From positions 448,001 through 512,000 of the forward strand of contig CAXXXF010000015.1 in assembly GCA_963667175.2 (NCBI GenBank): a stretch of DNA of 64,000 nucleotides. The letters are read 5' to 3'. The notes below the pieces were generated by a model. The model searched no databases and had not been told where the DNA came from. It saw only the letters and a program-made list of their open reading frames with translations. This document shows, one piece after another, positions 45,440-55,124 of this stretch. Position 1 is the first letter of the stretch; the number at the start of each line of letters is the position of its first letter. A program made the translations under genes and the position numbers. This DNA is from Candidatus Latescibacterota bacterium (GTDB lineage: Bacteria; Latescibacterota; UBA2968; GCA-2709665).

Positions 45440-45560
45440 CTCACGATCACCGCGGGCGGATCGGTCGTATACCGCGTCTCCGTCAGCATTGAAAGAGAAA
45501 CGGAGTAGACGGCGGCTATCAGGGGCGTTGTGGCGTCATACGCGAACGCCATGAAGGGGT
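45440..45560 (-). pseudogene. Degraded remnant of an SBP gene 3' end
   Basis: PFMAFAYDATT followed by frameshifted RFSFNADGDAVYD, similar to the neighbouring SBP C-termini. Confidence 0.6.
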
Positions 45561-45641
45561 TGGCGCGGGTCCCGGGGTCTTCACGACTCCCGATGAAACA
45601 ACCTCCCGGTCAATGACGCCGGAATGATGAAAAGCGCAAGC

Positions 45642-47174
45642 TTACTCGAAGACCTCGAACGCGCCGTCGCGGACAATCATTACGATCGGCTCGTAAACGG
45701 CGTCGCCGTCCCCGTCGAACGAGAATCGCCCCAGAATCGTGTCGACGTCTCGCGTTTTGGCCATCGCTTCTCTGATCGCCCTCGCGTCCGTCGATCCGGC
45801 TGCCGCAATTGCGTCCGCGAGAAGGTGAAGGGAGGCATAAGAAAGCGCGGCCCACGGACTCGGCGCGGCGCCGTGCTTCGCGTTGAAGCCGTCCACGAAG
45901 GCACGGTTTCCGGGGGTGGCGGCGATGGAAGCCCAGGTCGCAACGGTGATCGCGCGTTCGGCGGCTTCGCCAACGGCGGCGACTTCATCCGGCGTCAGAT
46001 CGGGGACAATGATGGGAACGTTTCCGGGAATGCCGGCTTCACGGGCCTGGATCAGGAGGGGAACCATCTCCGCCGCCAGACACGACACAAAGACGGCGTG
46101 TGGATTCAATGCCTCTACGTTGGCCAACTGATCGCTAAACGTGGTATCCCCGGTCGCAAACGTCTCCCTGGTCAGAATCTCGACGTCGATTTCGGCCAGG
46201 GCGTTGCTCAACGCCTCGTCCAGACTCCGGGAATAGACGTCCGCGTCGTCCACGATCATGGCCACTCTCTGATAACGCAGTTTCTCCTGCGTTTCCCGCA
46301 CGGCGCCGGGAACGAGCGTCCCGACGCTCAGACTTGCGCGAAAAACATAGTTTCCGATTGCGCTCAGACCGGCCGCGGCCGAGATGGGGCTGAACGCCAC
46401 GACCTGATTTCGTTGCGCGATTGGAAAGACGGCTTTCGCCACGGTGGAAATGCCGGGCCCCAGGATGACGTCTACGCCGTCTTCGTTGATGAGTTTGTTG
46501 AACGCCGCAGTGGCGGCGTCTATGGCGCCCTCCGTATCCTCGACGATGAACTCGATCTTTGCGCCGCCAAGTTTCGACGAATTGTTGATCTCTTCGAGAG
46601 CGAATTCAAGGCCTTCCATCGCCGGCCCGCCGTACACGATCTGCGGTCCGGAGAGGGGCATGGCCACGCCAACCGCGACCTTTGCGGGCAGACCGCCGGG
46701 CGTCAGCGAGATCGAACCGGTCGCGCGCGCGCTTTCGCCAATCGGCAGTTCAACCGCCGACTGATACCCGCTGTTGACCGGTATGCTCAACCAGGAACCG
46801 ATTTCGCTTCCGCCACTCGTGGCCCGCGCCGCATAGTAACCCGTTACGCCGGCGCCCCCGATCTCCACGTACGCCTGGCCGCGCGCGTTGGTCGTTCCGG
46901 ACCATTCGAAATCGACGGACCGACCGGAAACCGAGCGGGAGAACTCAACGCTAACGCCGTCTAAGGGCGTCCCCCCGTCTCGCACGCTGGCCACCACCAC
47001 GGCCCGCGTCATGCCATCGAGGGCCAGCTTGCCCAGGGGCCGGGCCGCACTGTCCGCCGCTTCGGGAGTCTGCGACCTTGTCAGGCGCTCGCCGCCGCAG
47101 TTCCAGATCAGCCCGGCGAGAAGCGACAATACGAGTGCTATTCGTGTATTGTTGAACACATCGGATCTTCTCAA
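45642..47174 (-). CDS. LivK-like substrate-binding lipoprotein with N-terminal extra domain
   Basis: Lipobox IWNC; close paralog of 47302..48819. Confidence 0.85.
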   Translation of the reverse strand: MRRSDVFNNTRIALVLSLLAGLIWNCGGERLTRSQTPEAADSAARPLGKLALDGMTRAVVVASVRDGGTPLDGVSVEFSRSVSGRSVDFEWSGTTNARGQAYVEIGGAGVTGYYAARATSGGSEIGSWLSIPVNSGYQSAVELPIGESARATGSISLTPGGLPAKVAVGVAMPLSGPQIVYGGPAMEGLEFALEEINNSSKLGGAKIEFIVEDTEGAIDAATAAFNKLINEDGVDVILGPGISTVAKAVFPIAQRNQVVAFSPISAAAGLSAIGNYVFRASLSVGTLVPGAVRETQEKLRYQRVAMIVDDADVYSRSLDEALSNALAEIDVEILTRETFATGDTTFSDQLANVEALNPHAVFVSCLAAEMVPLLIQAREAGIPGNVPIIVPDLTPDEVAAVGEAAERAITVATWASIAATPGNRAFVDGFNAKHGAAPSPWAALSYASLHLLADAIAAAGSTDARAIREAMAKTRDVDTILGRFSFDGDGDAVYEPIVMIVRDGAFEVFE

Positions 47175-47210
47175 TCTTATGAAGCAGACTCTGAGAATCC
47201 CTTCGGAAAC

Positions 47211-47254
47211 AGCAAGAGAAGACAGGCAGCGGTCACTGCCTGTCTTCTCTTGCT
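47211..47254. terminator. Perfect 19-bp stem hairpin between SBP paralogs (terminator or mRNA-stabilising)
   Basis: AGCAAGAGAAGACAGGCAG-cggtca-CTGCCTGTCTTCTCTTGCT. Confidence 0.6.
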
Positions 47255-47301
47255 ATGCGGACCTTTTTGTAAACGGACACTTCAAACCGCGACACGAGAA
47301 C

Positions 47302-48819
47302 TCACTCGAACAATTCGAACGCGCCGTCCCGGACGATCAGCACGATGGGATCGTAGACCGCATCGCCGTCGGCATTGAATGAGAAACGGCCCAGAATCGT
47401 ATCGACGTCCCGGGTAGCAGCCATTGCGTCCTTGATTGCGCTCGCGTTCGTCAAACCGGCGTGCGCGATAGCATCCGCGAGAATGTTCAGCGAGGCGTAC
47501 GAAAGCGCGGCCCACGGACTCGGTTCACTGTCGTTTTCCGCCATATAACTCTCGATGAAGGCCTGATTCCCCGGCGTGGAAGCGTTGGTTGCCCAGCTCG
47601 TAATGCTGATCACCCGTTCCGCGGCCTCTCCTGCGGCGGCCACTTCATCCAGCGTCATTTCGGGAATAATTATGGGAATATTCGAGGGGATGCCAACTTC
47701 ACGGGCCTGGATCATAATCTGGATCATTTCCGCCGCCAGACACGAAACAAAGAGGGCGTGCGGATTCGATTCTTTGATGCTGTTCAACTGGTCCGCGAGC
47801 GATGTATCTCCCGTTGCAAAGGTCTGCCGGCTTAGAATCTCCACCTCGCCTTCCGCGAGCGAATTGCTCAGCGCCTCGTCCAGGCTTCTGGAATAGACGT
47901 CGGCGTCGTCGACCAGTGTGGCGACTCTGCTAAACCTCAGTTTCTCCTGCAGTTCCTTGACGGCGCCCGGGACCAGCGTACCCACGTTGAGACCGGATCG
48001 GAAAATATAGTCGCCGATCGCGCTCAGGCCGACGGCGGTCGAGGTCGAACTGAATGCCAGGACTTCGTTCTGTTGGGCGATCGGAAACACTTCCTTTCCC
48101 ACGGTCGAAATACCGGGGCCCAGGATGACGTTTACACCGTCTTCGTTGATGAGTTTGTTGAACGCCGCGGTTGCGGCGTCGATCGTACCCTCCGTATCCT
48201 CGACGATAAATTCGATACTTGCGCCGCCGAGTCTCGTGGAACTGTTGATTTCTGCCCGAGCCAACTCGAAGCCTGCCATCGCCGGCAGGCCGTACAGGGT
48301 TTGAGGACCCGTAAGCGGCACGGCGACACCGATGGCTATCGTTTCGGGCAGACCGCCGGGCGTCAGCGCGATCGAGCCGCCTGCGCGCGCTTTTTCGCCA
48401 ATCGCCAGTTCAACCTCCGACTGATACCCGCTGTTGACCGGTATGCTCAACCATGAGCCGATTTCGCTTCCGCCGCTCATGGCCCGCGCCCGATAGTAGC
48501 CCGTCACGCCGGCGCCACCGATGTCCACGTACGCCAGGCCGCGCACATTGGTCGTTCCGGACCACTTGAATTCCGCCGTTCGACCGGAAACCGAACGCGA
48601 GAACTCGACGGTAGCGCCGCCTACGGGCATCCCGCCTTGTTGCACGTTCGCTACCACCACGGCCCGCATCATGCCGTTCAGGGCCAGCTTGCCCAGGGGC
48701 TCGCCGTTGCCGCCCCCCGATTCCGGCGCCTGCGACCTTGTCAGGCGCTCGCCGCCGCAACCCCACGCCAGGACCCCGACAGCCGCCAACAGAAAGATGC
48801 TGCGAAAACCACGAAACAT
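47302..48819 (-). CDS. LivK-like substrate-binding lipoprotein with N-terminal extra domain
   Basis: Lipobox AWGC; GGGAGG RBS. Confidence 0.85.
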   Translation of the reverse strand: MFRGFRSIFLLAAVGVLAWGCGGERLTRSQAPESGGGNGEPLGKLALNGMMRAVVVANVQQGGMPVGGATVEFSRSVSGRTAEFKWSGTTNVRGLAYVDIGGAGVTGYYRARAMSGGSEIGSWLSIPVNSGYQSEVELAIGEKARAGGSIALTPGGLPETIAIGVAVPLTGPQTLYGLPAMAGFELARAEINSSTRLGGASIEFIVEDTEGTIDAATAAFNKLINEDGVNVILGPGISTVGKEVFPIAQQNEVLAFSSTSTAVGLSAIGDYIFRSGLNVGTLVPGAVKELQEKLRFSRVATLVDDADVYSRSLDEALSNSLAEGEVEILSRQTFATGDTSLADQLNSIKESNPHALFVSCLAAEMIQIMIQAREVGIPSNIPIIIPEMTLDEVAAAGEAAERVISITSWATNASTPGNQAFIESYMAENDSEPSPWAALSYASLNILADAIAHAGLTNASAIKDAMAATRDVDTILGRFSFNADGDAVYDPIVLIVRDGAFELFE

Positions 48820-49219
48820 AACGAACCCTCCCGAGCTATGAATTAGCAGCGAAAAAGAGCCAGAAAGCTACACGCGGCCCCCGCGAAACTGCGCGCGTGC
48901 CGATTCGCCCCTGACTCGTTTATTGATTCCCGTTGGAAATCACAAAACAACTGCGTATCTCCCGGCATCGACGTTGGAATGCGGCGTGCAACCTGCCCGT
49001 TATAATATAAGTGCATTTCGCTTGAGCACAAGGGCAATTTCGAAATTCTTTATTAAAAATGCGACGGTTTCCGGACGCGGAAGCAATCCCGGTCGCGATT
49101 GGAAGGGGCCGTACGGCGAGACCGGTAACGCGCACACCGGTCCACACCGCAAAATCACGCGACCCGTCCGCCGGAGTCCGGCCGTGGAAGTGCCGGGCGT
49201 CAATTCATGCATTTTTGTT

Positions 49220-50842
49220 CTAAATGCCGAGAACGCCTCTCGCCGCCTGGCGCGCCTCCTCCAGCGTTTCGACAATGCGGTGCCTGGGTAGACGTTTCAG
49301 GACGCCGAGGGTCTGCAGGGTCCTCGCCGCCAGGCCGGAAAGTCCCATCACGACGCATTCGGTCTGTTCGCTTTCCGCGAGATCCATGAGCTGTCCAATA
49401 ACCATGGCTGCGCTGTCGTCGAGATACGTGGCGCCTGAGAAGTCGAAGATGACCACTTCGTGGTCCTTGACGTCCGCGCCGATCACCCCGGCCAGCTTGT
49501 GGGAAGACGCGACGGTGAGGCTTCCCCGAAGCGCCACCAGGCCTACGCGCGCCGAGTACGGACTCAGCGCGTCGGCGTCCATGTCCTCCTCCTCGGCGAA
49601 GAACGCCCGGTCCAGCAGCGGCACGGAGACCACGCTGTCCAGCTCCAGTCGTTCCAGTTGCCGCGCATGCACCATTCCGGCGGCGATCAGGCCGATTGCC
49701 ACGGCCGTTACCAGATCGACAAATACCGTGAGTCCAAGCGTGATCATCATGACGATGAGATGCTCGCGCCGCAGCCGGTGTAGCCGGGCAAGAAGACGCC
49801 AGTCGACGACGTCCCATCCGACCTTCATCAGAATGCCGGCGAGAACGGCATGGGGAATCGGCTCCACGTACCGCCCGAGACCCAGCATCAAAACCAGCAG
49901 GAGGATCGCGTACAACCCGCCGGACACCGGCGTCGCCCCGCCTGCGCGAATGTTGGTTACCGTTCCGGTGGTGGATCCGGCGCCGGGCAGCCCGCCGAAC
50001 ATTCCCGATATCATATTGCCTATCCCCTGCCCCACCAGTTCCCGGCTCGCGTCGTGCCGGGTACCGGTCAGCGAATCGGCAACCAGAGAGGTGAGGAGGC
50101 TGTCCACCGAACCCAGAAGCGCGAGAATAAGCGCGGGTTCCAACGCCATCATCAGAAAGGAGACCGTGGGCGGCGTCAGTTGCAGATCCGGCAATCCTGT
50201 CGGTATCCTGCCGATGACCGGTACGTCCGTCAGCCAGAAGACGCCGAGCAACGTCCCGACAAGCAGCGCCAGGAGCGGGCCTGGCAGGTATCTTGCGAAG
50301 CGGCGCGGCCAGAGCGCTCCGACGACGAGCGCGACCGTCGCGATGGCCAGCGCGTTGGTATTGACATTGTCCACCGCGTCGGACAAGGCGCGAATCGTGC
50401 CCACGACGCCGCCCGGCGCCGCGGGGGATCCTAGAAACGGCAGGACGTGGATCACCATGATGATGATCCCGATCCCCGACATGAACCCGGATATGACCAC
50501 GTGCGGCGTGTAGGCGACGAAACGACCGATCCTCGACAAGCCGAGAAGCACCTGCAGCAGACCGGCCATCACGACCACTGTCAGGGCTTCTGAAAGATTG
50601 GACGTGTAGCCCGAAACAATGACCACCAGGGCAACGGTCATCGGCGCCGTGGGACCCGAAATCTGAGTCCGGGTACCGCCGAATACCGCCGCGAAGAAGC
50701 CGACCGCGATCGCGCCGTACATCCCCGCCGCCGCGCCCATTCCCGATGCGACGCCCAGGGCCAACGCCACGGGCAGCGCCACCACGGTTGCCGTGACGCC
50801 GCCGAATACGTCGCCCCGCAGCGCGTTTAAATCATAATTCAT
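49220..50842 (-). CDS. SulP family inorganic anion transporter with STAS domain
   Basis: GD.FGGVTA.VVALP.ALA.G, FGGT..QISGPT.PM, ELVGQG.GN; C-terminal STAS. Confidence 0.95.
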   Translation of the reverse strand: MNYDLNALRGDVFGGVTATVVALPVALALGVASGMGAAAGMYGAIAVGFFAAVFGGTRTQISGPTAPMTVALVVIVSGYTSNLSEALTVVVMAGLLQVLLGLSRIGRFVAYTPHVVISGFMSGIGIIIMVIHVLPFLGSPAAPGGVVGTIRALSDAVDNVNTNALAIATVALVVGALWPRRFARYLPGPLLALLVGTLLGVFWLTDVPVIGRIPTGLPDLQLTPPTVSFLMMALEPALILALLGSVDSLLTSLVADSLTGTRHDASRELVGQGIGNMISGMFGGLPGAGSTTGTVTNIRAGGATPVSGGLYAILLLVLMLGLGRYVEPIPHAVLAGILMKVGWDVVDWRLLARLHRLRREHLIVMMITLGLTVFVDLVTAVAIGLIAAGMVHARQLERLELDSVVSVPLLDRAFFAEEEDMDADALSPYSARVGLVALRGSLTVASSHKLAGVIGADVKDHEVVIFDFSGATYLDDSAAMVIGQLMDLAESEQTECVVMGLSGLAARTLQTLGVLKRLPRHRIVETLEEARQAARGVLGI

Positions 50843-50880
50843 CGCATTGTGTCCTTATTGTCCGGTCGGGTCGCCTAACG

Positions 50881-51322
50881 GCGGTGAGACGTAAGACGGG
50901 AGACGGTAGAAGATAACGTTAGCATCACACCTGTCCAAAATCGGTTTCAGTCTTGGACAGCATCTGGTTCACTCTCGAGAAGCAATGCCTTGACCAAGGT
51001 CGCCTGAGACTCACAAATTGCCTATTTCACTGGCTTATTGAGACGGAAACAGCACAATTATGGCCGTTGGAATAGTCACTTTGGTCTTGGACAGCATTGC
51101 GCAGACAATGGCAACCTGGTTTTCATTATCTGGGTCAAACCCGTCCAAAATCGCCATTTGAAGCCGTTTTTCGAACCTTATCTCTGGGAATTCGACGGTT
51201 CTTGGACAGCAGTGCGTTAGCATAGTGTTTTCGCATAAACCGTGCCTGTCTGTTTTTCGTTATCGTAACGACAAGAAAAACCATAGGGCACTCACAGTAT
51301 CTTACGTCTACCGTCTCACCGC
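50881..51322. repeat. Cassette bounded by inverted heptamer-repeat ends (GCGGTGAGACG...CGTCTCACCGC) enclosing AT-richer DNA
   Basis: 11-bp perfect IR plus GAGACG-type heptamers; related ends at 4042-4168 and 4936-5082. Confidence 0.6.
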
Positions 51323-51529
51323 TTCTGCGGGGCCAGCGGGAGAGGTCTGCGCGCCTATCGCCAGTATATTTCGCGATGCCGTATCGTCCTCCCGTGGCCG
51401 CGGGTTATCATCTCCCGTCTACCCCGGAGGGGCGGGGCACGGGGGGAGCGGTCACAGGCTTGACAATGCCCCGATGTACCGTATCATTAGTATCGAACGT
51501 AGACTATCAATTACTGAAAGGATGGGCCG

Positions 51530-52186
51530 ATGCTGAGATTCCCCGAGGAACTCATGCTCCTGATACTCGACGACGAGAACGGGAGGTTCGCCCGTGTGCC
51601 GGACCAGTCCCTGCGCTACGCGCTTGCCGGCGGCGTGCTGATGGATCTCGCGATGGAGAACCGTATCGATACCGATCCGAAGCAGCTTGTTCTTTTGGAT
51701 TCGACGCCCGTAAACGACAGCCTTCTCGATCCGACGCTCGCCGACGTTTCGCGGGCAGACGAAACCCATGACGCGCGCTATTGGGTGGAACGCACCGCCA
51801 TTCGCAGCGCCGCGGGCATTCGAGAGACGTCTCTGGACCGGCTGGTCGAGAAGGGCATCCTGGAACGCCGGGACGACCGGTTTCTGTGGGTCTTCCGGTC
51901 GCGGCGGTATCCCGTCGTGGACGATCACGCCGAGCGGGAGGTCAAACTCAGAATCATGGAGATTCTGTTCAGCGACCAGATCCCCGACCCTCGCGACGTC
52001 GTGATCGTCAGCCTTGCGCACGCCTGCAACCTCTTCAGCCAGATATTGTCAACCAGGGAACTGGCCCGTGTCGCCCCCCGCATCAACCAGGTGCGGAAGC
52101 TCGACCTGATCGGCCAGGCGACGTTCCGGGCGATCACGGAAATCGAACTGTCGCTCGCGCTCGCCGTGCAGATGCGCCCGTACTGA
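51530..52186 (+). CDS. GPP34/GOLPH3 family protein
   Basis: EELMLL.LDD..G, LAG.VLMDL....RI, L...GIL, F....RYP. Confidence 0.85.
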   Translation: MLRFPEELMLLILDDENGRFARVPDQSLRYALAGGVLMDLAMENRIDTDPKQLVLLDSTPVNDSLLDPTLADVSRADETHDARYWVERTAIRSAAGIRETSLDRLVEKGILERRDDRFLWVFRSRRYPVVDDHAEREVKLRIMEILFSDQIPDPRDVVIVSLAHACNLFSQILSTRELARVAPRINQVRKLDLIGQATFRAITEIELSLALAVQMRPY

Positions 52187-52208
52187 ATCTCCTTCTGCGC
52201 GGTCCGTC

Positions 52209-53969
52209 TTACCCCTCTCCGGCCGTTGACGTGGGACCCGCCACCTGAACGGTCACGATGTCCAGATCGTGATACTTCTGGTGGCGCACCGACGACGCGT
52301 AATGCCGCAACAGCCGGAACGAGATCTCGTGCTCGTCCATGATCTCGGGCTGTTCGGTCAGATACGCCAGCCTGTCTTCCAGATTCTCTCCCGAGGCAGC
52401 CGCCAGAAACTCCAGTTCCGCCGATCCGTCCAGAAGCCGCGCGGTGATAACGAGCAGCCGTTCCCGTTCCTGCCCGCTTTCCTCTGCCTGCTGTATCAGA
52501 ATCGACAGGGTCTCCTCCCCCGCGGCGCACAGCCGCCCGGTTGCCGGGTCCTGCCAGCCGTTTCTGTCTGCAAACCCCCGGAGAAATCCGTCGATCCTTC
52601 GGAGTGAGTCGGTTGACAGACCAACCTCAAGTCGCTTCCGGCGTCGGGCGGTCATTTCCATGAAAGCCGTCAGCAGGATTGCCGCAAGACCGCCTGCGGT
52701 CATCCCGTTGCCGAGCAACGTCCCCCATGACCCGCCAAGCAAGTCGGGAAAGATCACCTGACCCTGAAAACCCGCACCCAACCAGAACGCGATACCCACT
52801 ACGGTGGCTTTCCGGTGATCGAGGCCATCCTCGACGATCAGTTTCATACCCTGGACAAATAACAGTCCGATCAGAAGCGTAACGTAGGCCGCGCCGACGG
52901 GATTGGGAATGGCAATCACGAGAGCCGTCACCTTGGGAGACATCGCCAACAGGACAAACAGGACCCCGATATAGATACCGACTCGGCGAGCCGCGACTCC
53001 GGTCAGTTCGGCAAGCGATATGCTGGTGGAATAGGTCGTATTGGGCGGGGTTCCGATCAGACCCGAGAGCAGGTTGCCCATCCCGTCGGCGTTGAGGGCG
53101 CCTTGCACCAGCCGGAAGTCGGTTGCCCGGGGCCGGCGCCTCGAGACCCGCTGAATCGCAACACCGTCGCCGACGGTCTCGATCGCCCCTACGACCGTAA
53201 CCACCACGAAGGCCGGAAGCAGCGCCCAGAACTCCGCGCCCAGGGAAAGATCCAGCCCCGGCCAGGCGTATTTCGGAAACCCGATCCAGGGCGCATCGAG
53301 AACCGGACGGACGTCGTACAGGCCGAACATGGCGGCGACCACGCATCCCACGCCGATCCCGATCAGCGGCGCCCAAAGCCTCAGGGACGCGGGGGCCCGC
53401 AACGCCAGCACCACGAGGGTAACGAACGCCGCTCCGGCGGCTGCCGGAGGCGCGGCCGCGGGCGTCCCCTCCGGCACGTCCGTCAAGAGGCCGAAGATGA
53501 CCGGCATCACCGTGACAGCGATCAGCATGATCACCGTTCCGGCGACGACCGGCGTAATAACCCTGCGGAGCAGCGAAAGCTTGGCGGCCAGCGCGAACTG
53601 AAATAACGAGGATATTACGATGAGGCTCGCCATCAGGGCCGGACCGCCCTTCACCAGCGCGGTAATGCACACGGCGATGAAAGCGCCGGACGTGCCCATG
53701 ATGAGCACGTGTCCCGCCCCGATGCGTCCAACCCTGACCGCCTGCAGGACCGTGCTCACGCCGCTGACCACGAGCGCCGCGAAGGCGATCCAGTTCAGGT
53801 AACTTTCCGGTTGATTCGCCGCCCGGCCGATAATCACCGCGCTCAGCACCACCGGCGCCAGTACGACCACGGCGGCCTGAAAGCCAGCCGCGGCGGCGAC
53901 AGAGTGTGGCGGCCGTTCGTCCGGCTCATACCGGATGGTTTCGTCTGTGCGGACTTTTTCTTCAGGCAT
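52209..53969 (-). CDS. NCS2 xanthine/uracil-type permease fused to a C-terminal HATPase_c/anti-sigma-like domain
   Basis: SG..T.LQ, ETVGD, ADG.GN..SGL.G..PNTTYS, TGVAAR.VG; ~130-aa soluble tail. Confidence 0.85.
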   Translation of the reverse strand: MPEEKVRTDETIRYEPDERPPHSVAAAAGFQAAVVVLAPVVLSAVIIGRAANQPESYLNWIAFAALVVSGVSTVLQAVRVGRIGAGHVLIMGTSGAFIAVCITALVKGGPALMASLIVISSLFQFALAAKLSLLRRVITPVVAGTVIMLIAVTVMPVIFGLLTDVPEGTPAAAPPAAAGAAFVTLVVLALRAPASLRLWAPLIGIGVGCVVAAMFGLYDVRPVLDAPWIGFPKYAWPGLDLSLGAEFWALLPAFVVVTVVGAIETVGDGVAIQRVSRRRPRATDFRLVQGALNADGMGNLLSGLIGTPPNTTYSTSISLAELTGVAARRVGIYIGVLFVLLAMSPKVTALVIAIPNPVGAAYVTLLIGLLFVQGMKLIVEDGLDHRKATVVGIAFWLGAGFQGQVIFPDLLGGSWGTLLGNGMTAGGLAAILLTAFMEMTARRRKRLEVGLSTDSLRRIDGFLRGFADRNGWQDPATGRLCAAGEETLSILIQQAEESGQERERLLVITARLLDGSAELEFLAAASGENLEDRLAYLTEQPEIMDEHEISFRLLRHYASSVRHQKYHDLDIVTVQVAGPTSTAGEG

Positions 53970-54000
53970 TGATCTCTCCCAATGAAGCGTGAGAATCCGG

Positions 54001-54774
54001 CTACAACCGCCAGACCGCCAGCATCTGGGCGATAACTTCATCCTGGTCTGTTCCCAGCTTGTTTCGCCAGAATTGAAACTCCACGCCGATCATCAATTGA
54101 TTGGCTTCTCCCGCTATCGCCTTTCCCGCGTCCCAGACGACCTGCGGCTGCGCCAGTATCGATCCGTTAACGTCCTCCCCGAACTCGTTCGAACGGCCGC
54201 CAATGTACTCGGCATGTCCCACGAACAGGAACGACTGTGTTGCGACGTCGGCGGGAAGCAGCCAGCTGCCGTCGAACATAAAGCTGTTGCCGGTCTTCGG
54301 AGCGCCGCCTCCTTCCACGCCGGTGTTGTCGTCAATATAGGCTGTCAGGTCCGTATTCAGGAAGACGAATCCCGGTACGTTCCAGGACGCCCTCACTCCC
54401 GGCAGGTATTTCAGCACCCTGGCGTCGCCCCCCGCGTTAACGCCGGCAACCAGGGCGAAATCTCGAATGGGCCCCGCGCCAATTCCCTTCTTCGCCAGCT
54501 TGCCGAAACTCAGGGTCGGATACCATTCGGTATAAAAGTCTCTGTCGTTGAATCCGTCGCTGCCGCCGTCGTCGATGTAATCCAGAAAAAAGAAACTGTC
54601 GCCCAGTTTCCACGTCGAGGCGTTCTGCACGGTAAACACGAGCGTACCATGGTGGGACCCCGAGAACGGATTGAGATGCGCGCCGTATTGAAGGTGAAAC
54701 TCCGTCTGCGCGACCGCGGCGGTGGGGGCGGTCAGCAGCACAACAACCCAAATACCGGCGTACATGGTCTTCAT
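54001..54774 (-). CDS. Tsx-like nucleoside-specific outer membrane channel (DUF5020-like)
   Basis: Signal peptide, W.LGD.FFF.D, Y.EWYP.LS, QPQ..WD.G, G.E.Q.W.NK.G; terminal WRL. Confidence 0.75.
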   Translation of the reverse strand: MKTMYAGIWVVVLLTAPTAAVAQTEFHLQYGAHLNPFSGSHHGTLVFTVQNASTWKLGDSFFFLDYIDDGGSDGFNDRDFYTEWYPTLSFGKLAKKGIGAGPIRDFALVAGVNAGGDARVLKYLPGVRASWNVPGFVFLNTDLTAYIDDNTGVEGGGAPKTGNSFMFDGSWLLPADVATQSFLFVGHAEYIGGRSNEFGEDVNGSILAQPQVVWDAGKAIAGEANQLMIGVEFQFWRNKLGTDQDEVIAQMLAVWRL

Positions 54775-55124
54775 TGCCTGTTTCCTAATGAATGTATTTT
54801 GTCTCTGCATTTGGCGAGTTTTGCCGTGAGTTGTAACGGGCCGCGGCAAACACAGCGCTGCCTTCGGTCCCTTGCAGGCGCAGAACAGCCACGAGATTCT
54901 CGTGGATATCGGAGAGGAAGTTTACACGGTGGATCGGGAGGCTGAATGAATGGGGGCGGGATTTTCCGCAGGTCTGAATCTCGGTCCGCAGGTCCCGGTC
55001 TGCGCAGCTTCTGTCCAGGTAGGTTGGCAGTTCGGCCCTCTCCGTCCCGAGATCGTCTCCTGCAAGTCCAGGCGCAACAGGCTGCCTGCCGGAATTGACG
55101 TACGCCAATCCGTACGCGGCTCGC

